DNA from: Calditrichia bacterium
Lineage (GTDB): Bacteria; Calditrichota; Calditrichia; RBG-13-44-9; J075
NCBI GenBank assembly: GCA_028284445.1
Contig: JANQRS010000018.1
Span: 1 to 64,000, forward strand
Reading direction: 5' to 3'
DNA: 64,000 nt
Shown here piece by piece: positions 19,113 to 28,757 of this stretch. Each line of letters starts with the position of its first letter. Position 1 is the stretch's first letter. The notes beneath the pieces were generated by a model. It was not told the DNA's origin. It was given only the letters and a program-made list of their open reading frames with translations, and searched no databases. The translations under genes were made by a program, and so were the position numbers.

Positions 19113-20207
19113 ATGCTAGTTGTTTTATCCAATATGATTCTTTGCAGTTTTTTCCTACTCTACATCCAGCTATCTCCAAACAGGCAAAGAATTGACCGCA
19201 TTATATTCAGAGCATATTTGTTTTATTTGATCTACCACGGTCTCCATCTCTTTTCCGATTTGCATGCCCCATCTTATCAAATAATGCTCAGTGGCCCGAT
19301 CATTATCCTTCAATTAATCACCTTATTTTTATGTAGCATTGTCTCGGATTCGAAGCAAAAGTTAGCAGTTGTTTTTGTTCTCGTATCTCCGGTCATCATT
19401 TACTTCTTAATATTGCTCCCCCAGCCAGCAGTAGCGAGCATGATTCTGTCAGCAATTGGTATGGCAACATCGCTGTATGCACTCAGGATATTATCGACCA
19501 GCATCTCGCTAAATGTGGCTCGCCGACCTACGACAGCCGGCACTCGCATTAAATGGTTGATCAATGCCAATTACGTTCTATTTTTTGTTTGGGTCCTGTG
19601 CCTCTTTTTTGACATGGCCGTTTATTTCTTTGATTACCAATTCCCCCCTCAGAGCGTGATCTACCTCTCTGCGATAGCTACCTACATCATTATCCTCAGT
19701 TATTTTCTGCAGATCAGGCCTGGCGTTAGAGAGGCACAAGGAGATACCCCGGAAACGATGGTTCAACCGACCGCCGTCAGACAATTGGAACACTTCTTTC
19801 CAATAAACAAAGCGCAGAAATACCTGCGCTCCTCACTCAGTGACGACGAAATTCAGCACATTGCAGAGAGCATTAGCTATTGGATTGATCGGGAAAAGCT
19901 ATTTCTCCATCCGAATCTTAATCTGGACTTATTGGCTGCCAAAACGCAAACAAGCAGGCACAAACTCTCTCAATATTTCAGCAAGGTCTTGAAACAATCT
20001 TTTAGCCACTTTATTAATTCGAGGCGGGTCAGAGAGTTTAAACAGCGGGTTGCAGAAGATAATGAAGAACGGTTTACCCTACTCGCGCATGCATTTGAGT
20101 CGGGCTTCAGATCAAAATCCTCATTCAACCTCGTTTTTAAGGATCTGTCTGGTGAAACGCCAAAACAATTCTCTAAAAGAATAAGGCATAAAGCCAGTCC
20201 CAAATAA
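19113..20207 (+). CDS. Membrane-embedded AraC-family transcriptional regulator (paralog 2)
   Basis: About 240 aa of hydrophobic helices, then a C-terminal AraC HTH (SRHKLSQYFSKVLKQSFSHFINSRRVREFKQRV...LAHAFESGFRSKSSFNLVFKDLSGETPKQFSK). Immediately upstream of a serine hydrolase gene (50-nt gap). Confidence 0.75.
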   Translation: MLVVLSNMILCSFFLLYIQLSPNRQRIDRIIFRAYLFYLIYHGLHLFSDLHAPSYQIMLSGPIIILQLITLFLCSIVSDSKQKLAVVFVLVSPVIIYFLILLPQPAVASMILSAIGMATSLYALRILSTSISLNVARRPTTAGTRIKWLINANYVLFFVWVLCLFFDMAVYFFDYQFPPQSVIYLSAIATYIIILSYFLQIRPGVREAQGDTPETMVQPTAVRQLEHFFPINKAQKYLRSSLSDDEIQHIAESISYWIDREKLFLHPNLNLDLLAAKTQTSRHKLSQYFSKVLKQSFSHFINSRRVREFKQRVAEDNEERFTLLAHAFESGFRSKSSFNLVFKDLSGETPKQFSKRIRHKASPK

Positions 20208-20256
20208 TTGGATTGGACGATTCCCGGTAAATCGCTGGCTACCTTCGAGAAACATT

Positions 20257-21285
20257 ATGGGTAGCCAAATGGGCCAAATGCGATTCGTTCTAATATTTAT
20301 CTTAGTCTGCGCTTATCAGTCCTGTATCGAAGAAGAACTGAATTGGCCGGAAAAATCATGGAGACAGTTAACCGGTTCGCAGATACTGGCGCAGAACTGG
20401 AATGCTTCTCTTCTTGCGAAAGCGACAAAACATTCAGCCGAAAATGGTTCAATGGGTTGGATGCTTATTGAGAACGGGCTTGTTGTTGCAACATTCGGGA
20501 ATGACTCTACGACATTCATTGTTCAGTCGGTTCGCAAGAGTTTCTTGAGTGCCTTATATGGTATTCAAGTCACCAATCACCTCATCAACTTGAACTGGAA
20601 CCTGGCAAAGCTGGAAATCGACGATCATCCCGATTCATTAGATGCAAACGAAAAAAAGGCAACGATTCAGCATCTGCTTCAATCCCGCTCCGGCATTTAT
20701 CATTTAGCAGCGTCATCACCAGAACATATGATCAGCAACCTTCCGCAAAGAGGGCAATTCATACCCGGACAAAAATGGTATTATAACAATTGGGATTTTA
20801 ATGCGCTTGGCACAATCTATATGAATGTGACAGGTGAGGATCTTTTCGAAAGTTTTGCTAAACGCGTAGCTACCCCACTCGGCATGCAGGACTTTATTGC
20901 CGGCAACTGCTACTATAAGATTGACAGTGTTTCCATTCACCCCGCATATCATTTTTCCATGTCCATGCGCGATATGGCTCGCTTTGGCTTGCTGTATCTA
21001 CGAAATGGCAATTGGCAAGACAAGGAAATCATCTCGCCGAAGTGGATCGAAGAAAGCACCAAAGCACATACATTAAATCGGCGGGAAGGCTATGGTTACA
21101 TGTGGTGGATCGAACCACAGCTCAATTCCTTTTCAGCACGTGGCGGTAGCGGCCAGTTGATTATGGTTATTCCGGACAGAGATATTGTATTTGTTCATTG
21201 TGTTGATAGACATTCACCCGAAGCGGCAGTTTGGTCCGATGTGGAAGATTTATTACGTATCATTCTGGAAGCAAAAAGCAGGTAG
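20257..21285 (+). CDS. Beta-lactamase-family serine hydrolase (class-C/transpeptidase fold), secreted
   Basis: Signal peptide; S-x-x-K motif (SVRKSFLSALYGI); shared blocks with the ORF at 38385-39419 (RSGIYH..A; WYYNNWDFNALGTI; GYGYMWW). A conserved YxN motif is likely at YYNNW. Confidence 0.7.
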   Translation: MGSQMGQMRFVLIFILVCAYQSCIEEELNWPEKSWRQLTGSQILAQNWNASLLAKATKHSAENGSMGWMLIENGLVVATFGNDSTTFIVQSVRKSFLSALYGIQVTNHLINLNWNLAKLEIDDHPDSLDANEKKATIQHLLQSRSGIYHLAASSPEHMISNLPQRGQFIPGQKWYYNNWDFNALGTIYMNVTGEDLFESFAKRVATPLGMQDFIAGNCYYKIDSVSIHPAYHFSMSMRDMARFGLLYLRNGNWQDKEIISPKWIEESTKAHTLNRREGYGYMWWIEPQLNSFSARGGSGQLIMVIPDRDIVFVHCVDRHSPEAAVWSDVEDLLRIILEAKSR

Positions 21286-21291
21286 AGGCAT

Positions 21292-22173
21292 ATGCTGGAA
21301 ATTACCGGAGTTAGCAAGTTATATGATAATGGCGTATGGGCCCTGAAGGATTTGTCGCTGGATATCAGCAGCGGCGTGACCGGATTGATTGGCCCCAATG
21401 GAGCAGGAAAAACGACATTAATGAAAATACTCTCGACCCTGGCAAAGGCAACCGAGGGAAAAATTCTCTGGCAGGGCCATAACATTGCCGACTTCCCGCT
21501 CAGCGTGCGAAAAGAACTTGGCTATCTGCCGCAGGAATTCGGCGTCTATCCACATTTAACCGCAGGCGAATTTTTAAACTATCTCGCCGCTGCCAAAGGC
21601 TTATCAACCCATGACTCCAGATACAAAATTGAGGAAGTCCTCGAACAAGTAAACCTAAGCCACGTCAGAGATGAACAGCTATCAAATTTTTCCGGCGGTA
21701 TGAAACAGCGGGTGGGTATTGCTCAAGCCTTATTGAATGATCCAAAACTGCTGATCGTTGATGAACCAACCGCAGGACTTGATCCTGAAGAGCGGGCGAG
21801 GTTCCGCCAACTTATCTCCGACTTATCCGGCAACAGGGTCATCATCTTATCTACACATATTATCAGCGATATTGAGACCACAGCTTCCAATCTGGCTTTT
21901 GTGAACGAGGGCAAGCTGCTGCTACATGCAGCACCAACAAACATTCTTGGCAAGATGAAGGGCAAAGTATTTGAGATGACGGTGTCGCAGGATGAATTTC
22001 AAAAATGGCGAGACGAATGCCTGGTTATCGCATCACGCATAGAAAAAGACCAGGTCGTTGTCAGGTACAGCAATGAGACACGCATAGCAGATGACAATAT
22101 CAGCGTCAGCCCGACCCTTGAAGATGCATATCTCTATATGTTACACATATATTCCGGGAAAGCAGCACAATGA
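21292..22173 (+). CDS. ABC transporter ATP-binding protein
   Basis: Walker A (GPNGAGKTT), ABC signature (FSGGMKQRV), Walker B (LLIVDEPTAGLD); 6-nt gap after the hydrolase gene. Confidence 0.9.
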   Translation: MLEITGVSKLYDNGVWALKDLSLDISSGVTGLIGPNGAGKTTLMKILSTLAKATEGKILWQGHNIADFPLSVRKELGYLPQEFGVYPHLTAGEFLNYLAAAKGLSTHDSRYKIEEVLEQVNLSHVRDEQLSNFSGGMKQRVGIAQALLNDPKLLIVDEPTAGLDPEERARFRQLISDLSGNRVIILSTHIISDIETTASNLAFVNEGKLLLHAAPTNILGKMKGKVFEMTVSQDEFQKWRDECLVIASRIEKDQVVVRYSNETRIADDNISVSPTLEDAYLYMLHIYSGKAAQ

Positions 22174-23756
22174 TGGTATTGAGGCTCGCCATCGCCGACT
22201 TTCGTGAAAGAACCAGGCGTTACTCTTTTTTCATTGCGATCACGGCCTGTGTCGTCATTTGTTATTCAATCGGCAGCGGAGAATTTACGTTTCACTGGGG
22301 AGCTTATATCGGTAGCGCCAACGGTGCGTGGATCGGGATGAACTTTGCTGTGATCAGCGTTCTATTCTTTTCCCTTGCCGGGTTTTATCTCTGCAAAGGC
22401 TCAATCGCCTTCGATGAAAAATCCGGCGTCGGATTTCTCATCGGCTCAACCCAAACAAGCGATTCAGGCTATATTTCTTCAAAAATTCTCTCTAATATTT
22501 TCTTCCTCTGCCCACTTTTTTTGATTTTTCTAACTGCCTCGATGCTTAGCCTGCAGGTGGCGGGAAATGTCAGCCAGAGAGAATTATCAAACCTCATTTG
22601 TCCCCAGCTGATTGTTGCTTTACCGATTTTATTTTCCGTCGCCGCAATTGCGGTTCTTTTTGATTCTCTGCGCCTGCTACAGAGAGGACTCGGTAATATC
22701 TTATATTTCTTTGTCTGGATAACGCTGGTCAATTATTCCAACTCGGCCCAAACAATACATGATCTAGATCTGCTCGGATTTACGATTTTTAAATACGACT
22801 TTCGGCAGACATTGGTATCGACGATTGGCACTGCCGAGGGCTTTTGGGATCTATCCTTAAGAAAGGAGAATTTTTCAACCGTTGACTGGCAAGGAACACA
22901 ATGGAACATGAAAATCATATGGATTCGCATGTTTTATATCCTGCCGTTCATTGCCTTTGGCTTTCTTTCAACCACCATATTCAAGCGATTTGATGATACA
23001 GAGAGTAGATTAATCCCCAAGAAACGCCTGAACGGTTTACATAGTTTTCTGCTTTCTAGCGCAACAGCTTTTGACAATCAGATACGAGACAGATTCGCAC
23101 GATTTGACTCCTCGCGGCTCTTTATCCGCCGCATCATTTTTGCTGATATGCAAATTATCGCAGAGCATTTGCTCGAATTGAAATTAATGCTCAAAAATCA
23201 AAATATGCTTTGGTATTTATTGATCGTCTGGCTTCATGTTTGGTGTCTTTTCACTGCCAGCCATTTTGATGTACGATATGTCGCATTGCCGTGGCTAATA
23301 ATTGCCCCGATACTGGTCTGGTCCAGGATGGGAACATATGAATCTTACTACAAAGTTGCCTCTCTAATTTATACCACGCAAAGGTCCATACGTAAGCAGC
23401 TCACACTACGCTACACTTCCGGTGTCTTGATTGGCCTGGTTATCACAACACCAATCTTGCTCAAAGCCTTAATTTTGGGAGACCTGAATTTGGCAGCCAT
23501 AACCTTAATCTTTATTGCTTTCTTACCGGCCTTAGCGCTGGCTCTTGGCATCATTTCCAGAGGCAGCAAACTTTTTGAGGTCACATTCGTTCTCGCCTGG
23601 TATATCGGCCCCCTGAGAGGGCATCCCATCTACGACCAACTATTCAATCTCCCATATCCCCAACTGGGACAATTCCTTGCCCTCATGAGCATGCTGACGC
23701 TTGCGTTCCTTATTCTAAGTGTTCTGTCACGGACCGTACAACTGCACCTGAAATAA
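22170..23756 (+). CDS. ABC-2-type polytopic membrane permease (528 aa), translationally coupled to the ATPase
   Basis: ATGA start/stop overlap with the upstream ATPase gene; at least 10 predicted hydrophobic helices; no recognisable soluble domains. Confidence 0.6.
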   Translation: MMVLRLAIADFRERTRRYSFFIAITACVVICYSIGSGEFTFHWGAYIGSANGAWIGMNFAVISVLFFSLAGFYLCKGSIAFDEKSGVGFLIGSTQTSDSGYISSKILSNIFFLCPLFLIFLTASMLSLQVAGNVSQRELSNLICPQLIVALPILFSVAAIAVLFDSLRLLQRGLGNILYFFVWITLVNYSNSAQTIHDLDLLGFTIFKYDFRQTLVSTIGTAEGFWDLSLRKENFSTVDWQGTQWNMKIIWIRMFYILPFIAFGFLSTTIFKRFDDTESRLIPKKRLNGLHSFLLSSATAFDNQIRDRFARFDSSRLFIRRIIFADMQIIAEHLLELKLMLKNQNMLWYLLIVWLHVWCLFTASHFDVRYVALPWLIIAPILVWSRMGTYESYYKVASLIYTTQRSIRKQLTLRYTSGVLIGLVITTPILLKALILGDLNLAAITLIFIAFLPALALALGIISRGSKLFEVTFVLAWYIGPLRGHPIYDQLFNLPYPQLGQFLALMSMLTLAFLILSVLSRTVQLHLK

Positions 23757-23857
23757 TGAATCGGCAGCCCGCCCAGCGCAATCACTTGCGCCAGGCTGGG
23801 GGAGGTTTCGTGAGAGCGCGAACTCCAGGCAAACAGAGACATCAAACTGAATAGCTG

Positions 23858-25018
23858 TTAGCGCAGCAGAAGCATTTTGCGGGTTTGAGAGAACCCGTTG
23901 ATTTGTAGTTTGTAGACATATGTGCCGCTTCCGATCTTTGAAGCGTTAAAGGTCACCTGGTGGGAGCTTTGGGCAGGCACCACGTCATCAAACAAAACAG
24001 CTACCTCGCGCCCAAGCATATCAAATACCGTCAGCACGGCGTGACCACCGGACTCAACTTGAAACGATATCTGAGTTGTCGGATTAAAGGGGTTGGGGAA
24101 ATTTTGGGCAAGATGAAAAGAGCCCGGAATCGACGTTGCCGCTTCTTCAATAGCAATCGTGGGATTTATGCCAACGATTCGCCGCAACTTGCCGTCGCCA
24201 TCGTGAGAGATGTAGATAGTATCCCCGGAAGCCGTTGCCGCAATACCATTCGGTACGTTGAATTGCGCGCTGGCGACCGGACCGTCGCTTGCTCCCGCAT
24301 TGCCGGTGCCGGCAAATTCAACCACATCTCCAGTCAGGGAAATACGATAAATGTAGTGCGTTTCATATCCACTCGCATAGAGATATCCTCCGGCATAGGT
24401 CATATAGCCGGCAACGGTATTGATTGAGGCTATCATATTGGTATTGCCATCCGGCGATATCTGAAAAATGTTACCATCCAGGAAATTAGCAGCGTATAAA
24501 TCCCCGGACTCATGCCAAATAACATCGACCGCTCCGGTGCCAAGTCCGCTTGCCAGATCGCTGCGGCTACCGCTTTGGTCAATCTTGGCGATCCGTCCGC
24601 CAAACCAGATCGTAGAATAGACATTGTCTTCGTTATCGGTTGTCAATCCGACGTTAAATCCCGTCAGCCCATCATAAAACAATGAAATGGTTCCATCAGG
24701 TGCGACCTTAAAGACCTTGGCATTATTTCCGCTTGATACGTAGAGATTGTCGTTTGAATCAAATGCCATACCGGTGATAAAGTCAAAATCAGTGCTCGTT
24801 GCATAAACGGATGTTACACCATCCGCTGTAATCTGATGCACCCGATTTGCCCGATCAGCATGATAGACATTCCCGCCCGGGCCAACGACCAGGTAGTCAA
24901 CAATAAAATCGCTACCATCGAGAACCGTTTCCACACTCTGAGCATAATTGCTTGCCAATGGAATCAGCAGAGATATTAATGCCGTTATTAGCCAACGCTC
25001 TATTGGCGATGCTATCAT
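23858..25018 (-). CDS. NHL/SMP-30-like beta-propeller protein with a T9SS C-terminal sorting domain
   Basis: Signal peptide from an internal Met (MIASPIERWLITALISLLIPLASNYAQ); repeated Y-x-x-D/S...G-x-I beta-propeller blades (NLYVSSGNNAKVFKV, DTIYISHDGDGKLRRI); C-terminal NFPNPFNPTTQISFQV...TVFDMLGREVAVLFDD...GTYVYKLQ. Confidence 0.7.
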   Translation of the reverse strand: MIASPIERWLITALISLLIPLASNYAQSVETVLDGSDFIVDYLVVGPGGNVYHADRANRVHQITADGVTSVYATSTDFDFITGMAFDSNDNLYVSSGNNAKVFKVAPDGTISLFYDGLTGFNVGLTTDNEDNVYSTIWFGGRIAKIDQSGSRSDLASGLGTGAVDVIWHESGDLYAANFLDGNIFQISPDGNTNMIASINTVAGYMTYAGGYLYASGYETHYIYRISLTGDVVEFAGTGNAGASDGPVASAQFNVPNGIAATASGDTIYISHDGDGKLRRIVGINPTIAIEEAATSIPGSFHLAQNFPNPFNPTTQISFQVESGGHAVLTVFDMLGREVAVLFDDVVPAQSSHQVTFNASKIGSGTYVYKLQINGFSQTRKMLLLR

Positions 25019-25299
25019 AGATGTTTCCTCCATTATGTAGTAAGTGAAAGCGCCCTTATCTAGCAAGGCACCTTCAACCTATCAGAGAGGTGTTGCAATT
25101 ACCTGTGGGAATGCTGAGGAAATACCTTGGTTATTCTGCTGTTTTTCTGAGTGTACCCTAAATGGGTCAGTTTCTTATCTCAAATAATAGACGATGCTGC
25201 TGGAAATGCCATGATTGGGGAATGGAAACTATGGCCAATGTCCGTTATTTTTTGAAGCAGGCCTCAATTTACCCAGTTTCTCTATATGTGAAAGAGAGA

Positions 25300-27453
25300 C
25301 CCATGCAAGCATCCATGCCACAAAAATCCGGTCCCTATACCATTGCCGGCTGGACCATTGACGTCGATAGCGACAGATTGATTCGTACCGATCAGATCGT
25401 CAAGCTGGAACCGAAAATTATGCAGGTGCTGATCTGCCTGATCGAGCATCAGGGGCAAATTGTTTCCAAGGATTATTTGATGCAAACTGTCTGGCCGGAT
25501 GTTGTCGTTACCGACCACCCGATTACGCGGGCCATCTCTTCACTTCGAAAAATCTTCCAGGACAATCCCAAATATCCGCAGGTCATCGAAACGATTTCCA
25601 AGAAGGGATATCGCCTGATATGTTCAGCTGAAGTTGTCGATGAGACCGGCACGTTGTCGTCGTCCAACGGCCCTCTTCTGGCGACGGTAGCCGTTGATGC
25701 GCAAAAGGGGCATATTGCCCAGGCAGCCAAAAGATTGCTTATTCCTGCCTTTTGCCTTTGTCTCATTCTAACCATAGGTATACTGCCCTCAGGTACAGAT
25801 TCCGGTCAAGCAAAGGAACTATATATTACAAGTCCGGCGATTTCGCTTACCACCTCACTGGGGCTTGAAATGGATGCCGCTTTTTCTCCGGATAATCAGT
25901 CTATCGTATTTTCGCATCAGAGCCCGGAATCACTGCAATGGGATCTCTATCTAAAGCGCCTGGATGGCAGCGAGACGCGTCTGACCGATACAGTATTCCC
26001 GGAGAGGCATGCTTCTTTTGCACCCGATCGACAGAAAATAGCTTTTGTGCGAAAGGATGAAGCCGGCTGCCGTATCATCTCCAGGTCCATGGCAGACGGC
26101 GCTGAGGTTGAGCTACTGGTAGAAGCAAACAAATTGATCCTGGATCTCGAGTGGGCGCCCGACGGACAAAGCATAGTCTATTCGACAAGAACAACTGCAG
26201 ATAGCCCCTATGCACTTTTTATTTTCTCACCTGCCACAGGCAAGAAACGGCAGCTCACTTCACCGACGGCCAATTTCTACGCCGATCATTTATTGACCTT
26301 TTCACCGGATGGCCGCCAACTGATTTTTGCGCGCCTGGACTCTCAATACAACGACGATCTCTATGTGATGGACATGCACACCGAGCAGGTGCGGCGCTTG
26401 ACAAATGAAAATCAAATCATCTTCGGTATGGATTGGCTGAGTTTGACGGATGAGATCATCTTTTGCATTTATGACGATGGAGAATATAAGCTTAAGAGCA
26501 CCGACTTAGAGGGCAATGTCCGTCCTGTGAAATTCGCCAAGGCTTTCCCAAACGGCACAAATCCAATCGTTTCCCCCTCAGGAAAACTGCTTTCTTTTCA
26601 GAACGGCAAGTTTCGCAAAAACATCTACAAAGCGACAGTTAACACAACGAGCGGGAGCCTGGGCGAAGCAAAAACGGTTATCACTTCATCAACAGGAGAG
26701 TGGAACGCTAAGGTATCCCCCGATGGCAGCAAGATTGTTTTTGTGTCCGACAGAAGCGGCGGCAATGAACTATGGCTATCGAATATAGACGGCAGCGACC
26801 TGCGCATGATCTCCCAAACCAACGTCCCGTATAATTGTATGGCCTCCTGGGCGCCTGATGGCCGTAGCTTTGTTTTTGCTACCAAACCGGAAGAAATATA
26901 CTTGACCTATCGATACATACTCGAAGATGAAGGGATTGAGTTGCTGGCATCGGACGCAGTAGTACCGGTTCATTCACGAGACGGTAGCTGGATCTATTTT
27001 GCCTCCCTGCGCAGCGGCGATTGGCGAATCTGGAAAATACCTGCCGAGGGTGGCGAGGTCAAGCAGGTCACCCATACCAATAGCTTTGCACCGATGGAAT
27101 CTGTAGATGGTCAAACACTCTATTATTGCAAACGAGGCATCGCGGGTATCTGGGAGAAAACCGCGAAGGTGGATGAAGAGATCGTCATCGAGGACCTTGA
27201 GATTTTTGACACACAAAACTGGCTGGTCGTCGAGGACGGTATCTATTACCTGAGACGAAAGCAACATCGACGCCCGGAACTTGTTTTCTTTAGATTTGCC
27301 GATAAGTCGTCCGTTGTATTGGCAAACGAAGTAACGCGGACAAATCGCATCGACGATGGATTCAGCCTCTCGCCAGATGGTAGGGATATCTATTTTTCAG
27401 TGAACGATCATGAGGAAGTCGATATCAAGATGATTGAAATTGCCATCAAATGA
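25300..27453 (+). CDS. CadC/OmpR-type winged-helix transcriptional regulator fused to a TM segment and a TolB-like periplasmic beta-propeller domain
   Basis: N-terminal trans_reg_C-like region (YTIAGWTIDVDSDRLIR..IVKLEPKIMQVLICLIEHQGQIVSKDYLMQTVWPDVVVTDHPITRAISSLRKIF...KKGYRL), one TM helix (LLIPAFCLCLILTIGIL), then repeated TolB/WD40-like beta-propeller blades (FSPDGRQLIF, WAPDGQSIVYS, SPDGSKIVFVSDRSG). The ORF opens at 25162; an internal Met start is preferred. Confidence 0.7.
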   Translation, partial: PMQASMPQKSGPYTIAGWTIDVDSDRLIRTDQIVKLEPKIMQVLICLIEHQGQIVSKDYLMQTVWPDVVVTDHPITRAISSLRKIFQDNPKYPQVIETISKKGYRLICSAEVVDETGTLSSSNGPLLATVAVDAQKGHIAQAAKRLLIPAFCLCLILTIGILPSGTDSGQAKELYITSPAISLTTSLGLEMDAAFSPDNQSIVFSHQSPESLQWDLYLKRLDGSETRLTDTVFPERHASFAPDRQKIAFVRKDEAGCRIISRSMADGAEVELLVEANKLILDLEWAPDGQSIVYSTRTTADSPYALFIFSPATGKKRQLTSPTANFYADHLLTFSPDGRQLIFARLDSQYNDDLYVMDMHTEQVRRLTNENQIIFGMDWLSLTDEIIFCIYDDGEYKLKSTDLEGNVRPVKFAKAFPNGTNPIVSPSGKLLSFQNGKFRKNIYKATVNTTSGSLGEAKTVITSSTGEWNAKVSPDGSKIVFVSDRSGGNELWLSNIDGSDLRMISQTNVPYNCMASWAPDGRSFVFATKPEEIYLTYRYILEDEGIELLASDAVVPVHSRDGSWIYFASLRSGDWRIWKIPAEGGEVKQVTHTNSFAPMESVDGQTLYYCKRGIAGIWEKTAKVDEEIVIEDLEIFDTQNWLVVEDGIYYLRRKQHRRPELVFFRFADKSSVVLANEVTRTNRIDDGFSLSPDGRDIYFSVNDHEEVDIKMIEIAIK

Positions 27454-27518
27454 TGGTTCTCGGGTGCAAACCAGCCACAAGTCGAAACAAACAAATCGTA
27501 AAAGAGTGGGAGCAAATT

Positions 27519-28424
27519 ATGTTTCATGGGGAAGCAGTAAGTTGGCTTAAGCAACTACTATTTATTACGACTATCATCATCAGCGGATGCGGAACGGACT
27601 CATCATCACCTCAGGAACCGGAAAACGATCCGCCTGAACCGGAAGGGTTTGTTGATGTTACGTTTTTAGGCAATCACGGGGTCATGTTGGATGATGGCGA
27701 GAACAAGGTAATGATCGACGGCATGCATAACGGCGGGGATTCGGTGGGGCTTTGGAGCGCAATCTCTCCTGCGCAATGTGTGCTGTTGCAGGCTGCAGAC
27801 GCGCCATTTGACAATATTGACGTCACCATGGTAACCCACAACCTCTCCGACCACTACAATGTCGGGATCATCGGCCATTATCTTTTCAATAGTCCGGAAA
27901 CGCAAATGCTGGCGCCCTCAGGCGTTCGCGATTCCATTGCCACATTTGGCGACTATGCTTCGATATCTGATCAGGTAGTAATGACTGTCAATCCTGCCGT
28001 TAACGGTCGTTCACAAGCAACGATTAATGGCTTAAGCATCGACGTGCTCAATATGCAGCATTTTAACGAGAACTGCACTGACTGCGGACGTAATTACGCC
28101 TACATGTTAACGCTTGGGGAATTGAAGATCCTCCATCTGGGAGACGCCGACATGTTGGATTCAGACAATATAAACAACTTCGACCTGGCCGCGGAAGATA
28201 TCGATATTCTCTTTTTGGCCACCCCCTATCCGGAATTCGTGACGGCTGCGCAGAGAGATGTCCTCAACAGCTGGATTAATCCCGGGCAAATTGTCGCCAT
28301 GCATCTCAACATTGCCCAGCAGAGCGACATTATTAGTAACATCAGCAATGTCTATCCGGAAGCAACTATTCTCACCACGCCAATGTCCGTGATCCGCTTT
28401 GAGGCAAAGGATTTTGTGAATTGA
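27519..28424 (+). CDS. MBL-fold metallo-hydrolase lipoprotein
   Basis: Lipoprotein signal (LLFITTIIISGCGTDSS). The H-x-H-x-D-H motif variant appears as VTHNLSDHY, with downstream His/Asp residues (LHLGDADM, VAMHLN) consistent with the MBL fold. Confidence 0.55.
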   Translation: MFHGEAVSWLKQLLFITTIIISGCGTDSSSPQEPENDPPEPEGFVDVTFLGNHGVMLDDGENKVMIDGMHNGGDSVGLWSAISPAQCVLLQAADAPFDNIDVTMVTHNLSDHYNVGIIGHYLFNSPETQMLAPSGVRDSIATFGDYASISDQVVMTVNPAVNGRSQATINGLSIDVLNMQHFNENCTDCGRNYAYMLTLGELKILHLGDADMLDSDNINNFDLAAEDIDILFLATPYPEFVTAAQRDVLNSWINPGQIVAMHLNIAQQSDIISNISNVYPEATILTTPMSVIRFEAKDFVN

Positions 28425-28757
28425 TGCATGATGCCTAAAATGATTGCAATGCCGGAGTCATAAGTTAGCCTCTATCTTATCTGGAGCTCGAATACTAAGC
28501 TCCGAATGCAGTTCTGCACGACTCTCGAGTCGTAAAAATGAATAGATTATTCCCTTCCTAAATCCACACTCTTTATAGCACAATTAGAGGCTAATTTCTC
28601 ACCGAAGTAAGAGATTCAGACAGTTTTAGGACTCTAAATAGATAAAACCGGTCCAAATGGCCTGTCTTTATCGACTGGACCTGATATAAGACACTCATAT
28701 AAGACAGCAACCATCGTCGAAAAACTATATCGGTTTAAAAAATCGGAAGAGGAGAAC

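Noticed and set aside
28519-28534. 16-bp perfect palindrome ACGACTCTCGAGTCGT as an intrinsic terminator
   Set aside because: It has no U-tract on the 3' side in either orientation. More likely it is a protein-binding site or a chance palindrome in the long leader of the PLC-like gene.
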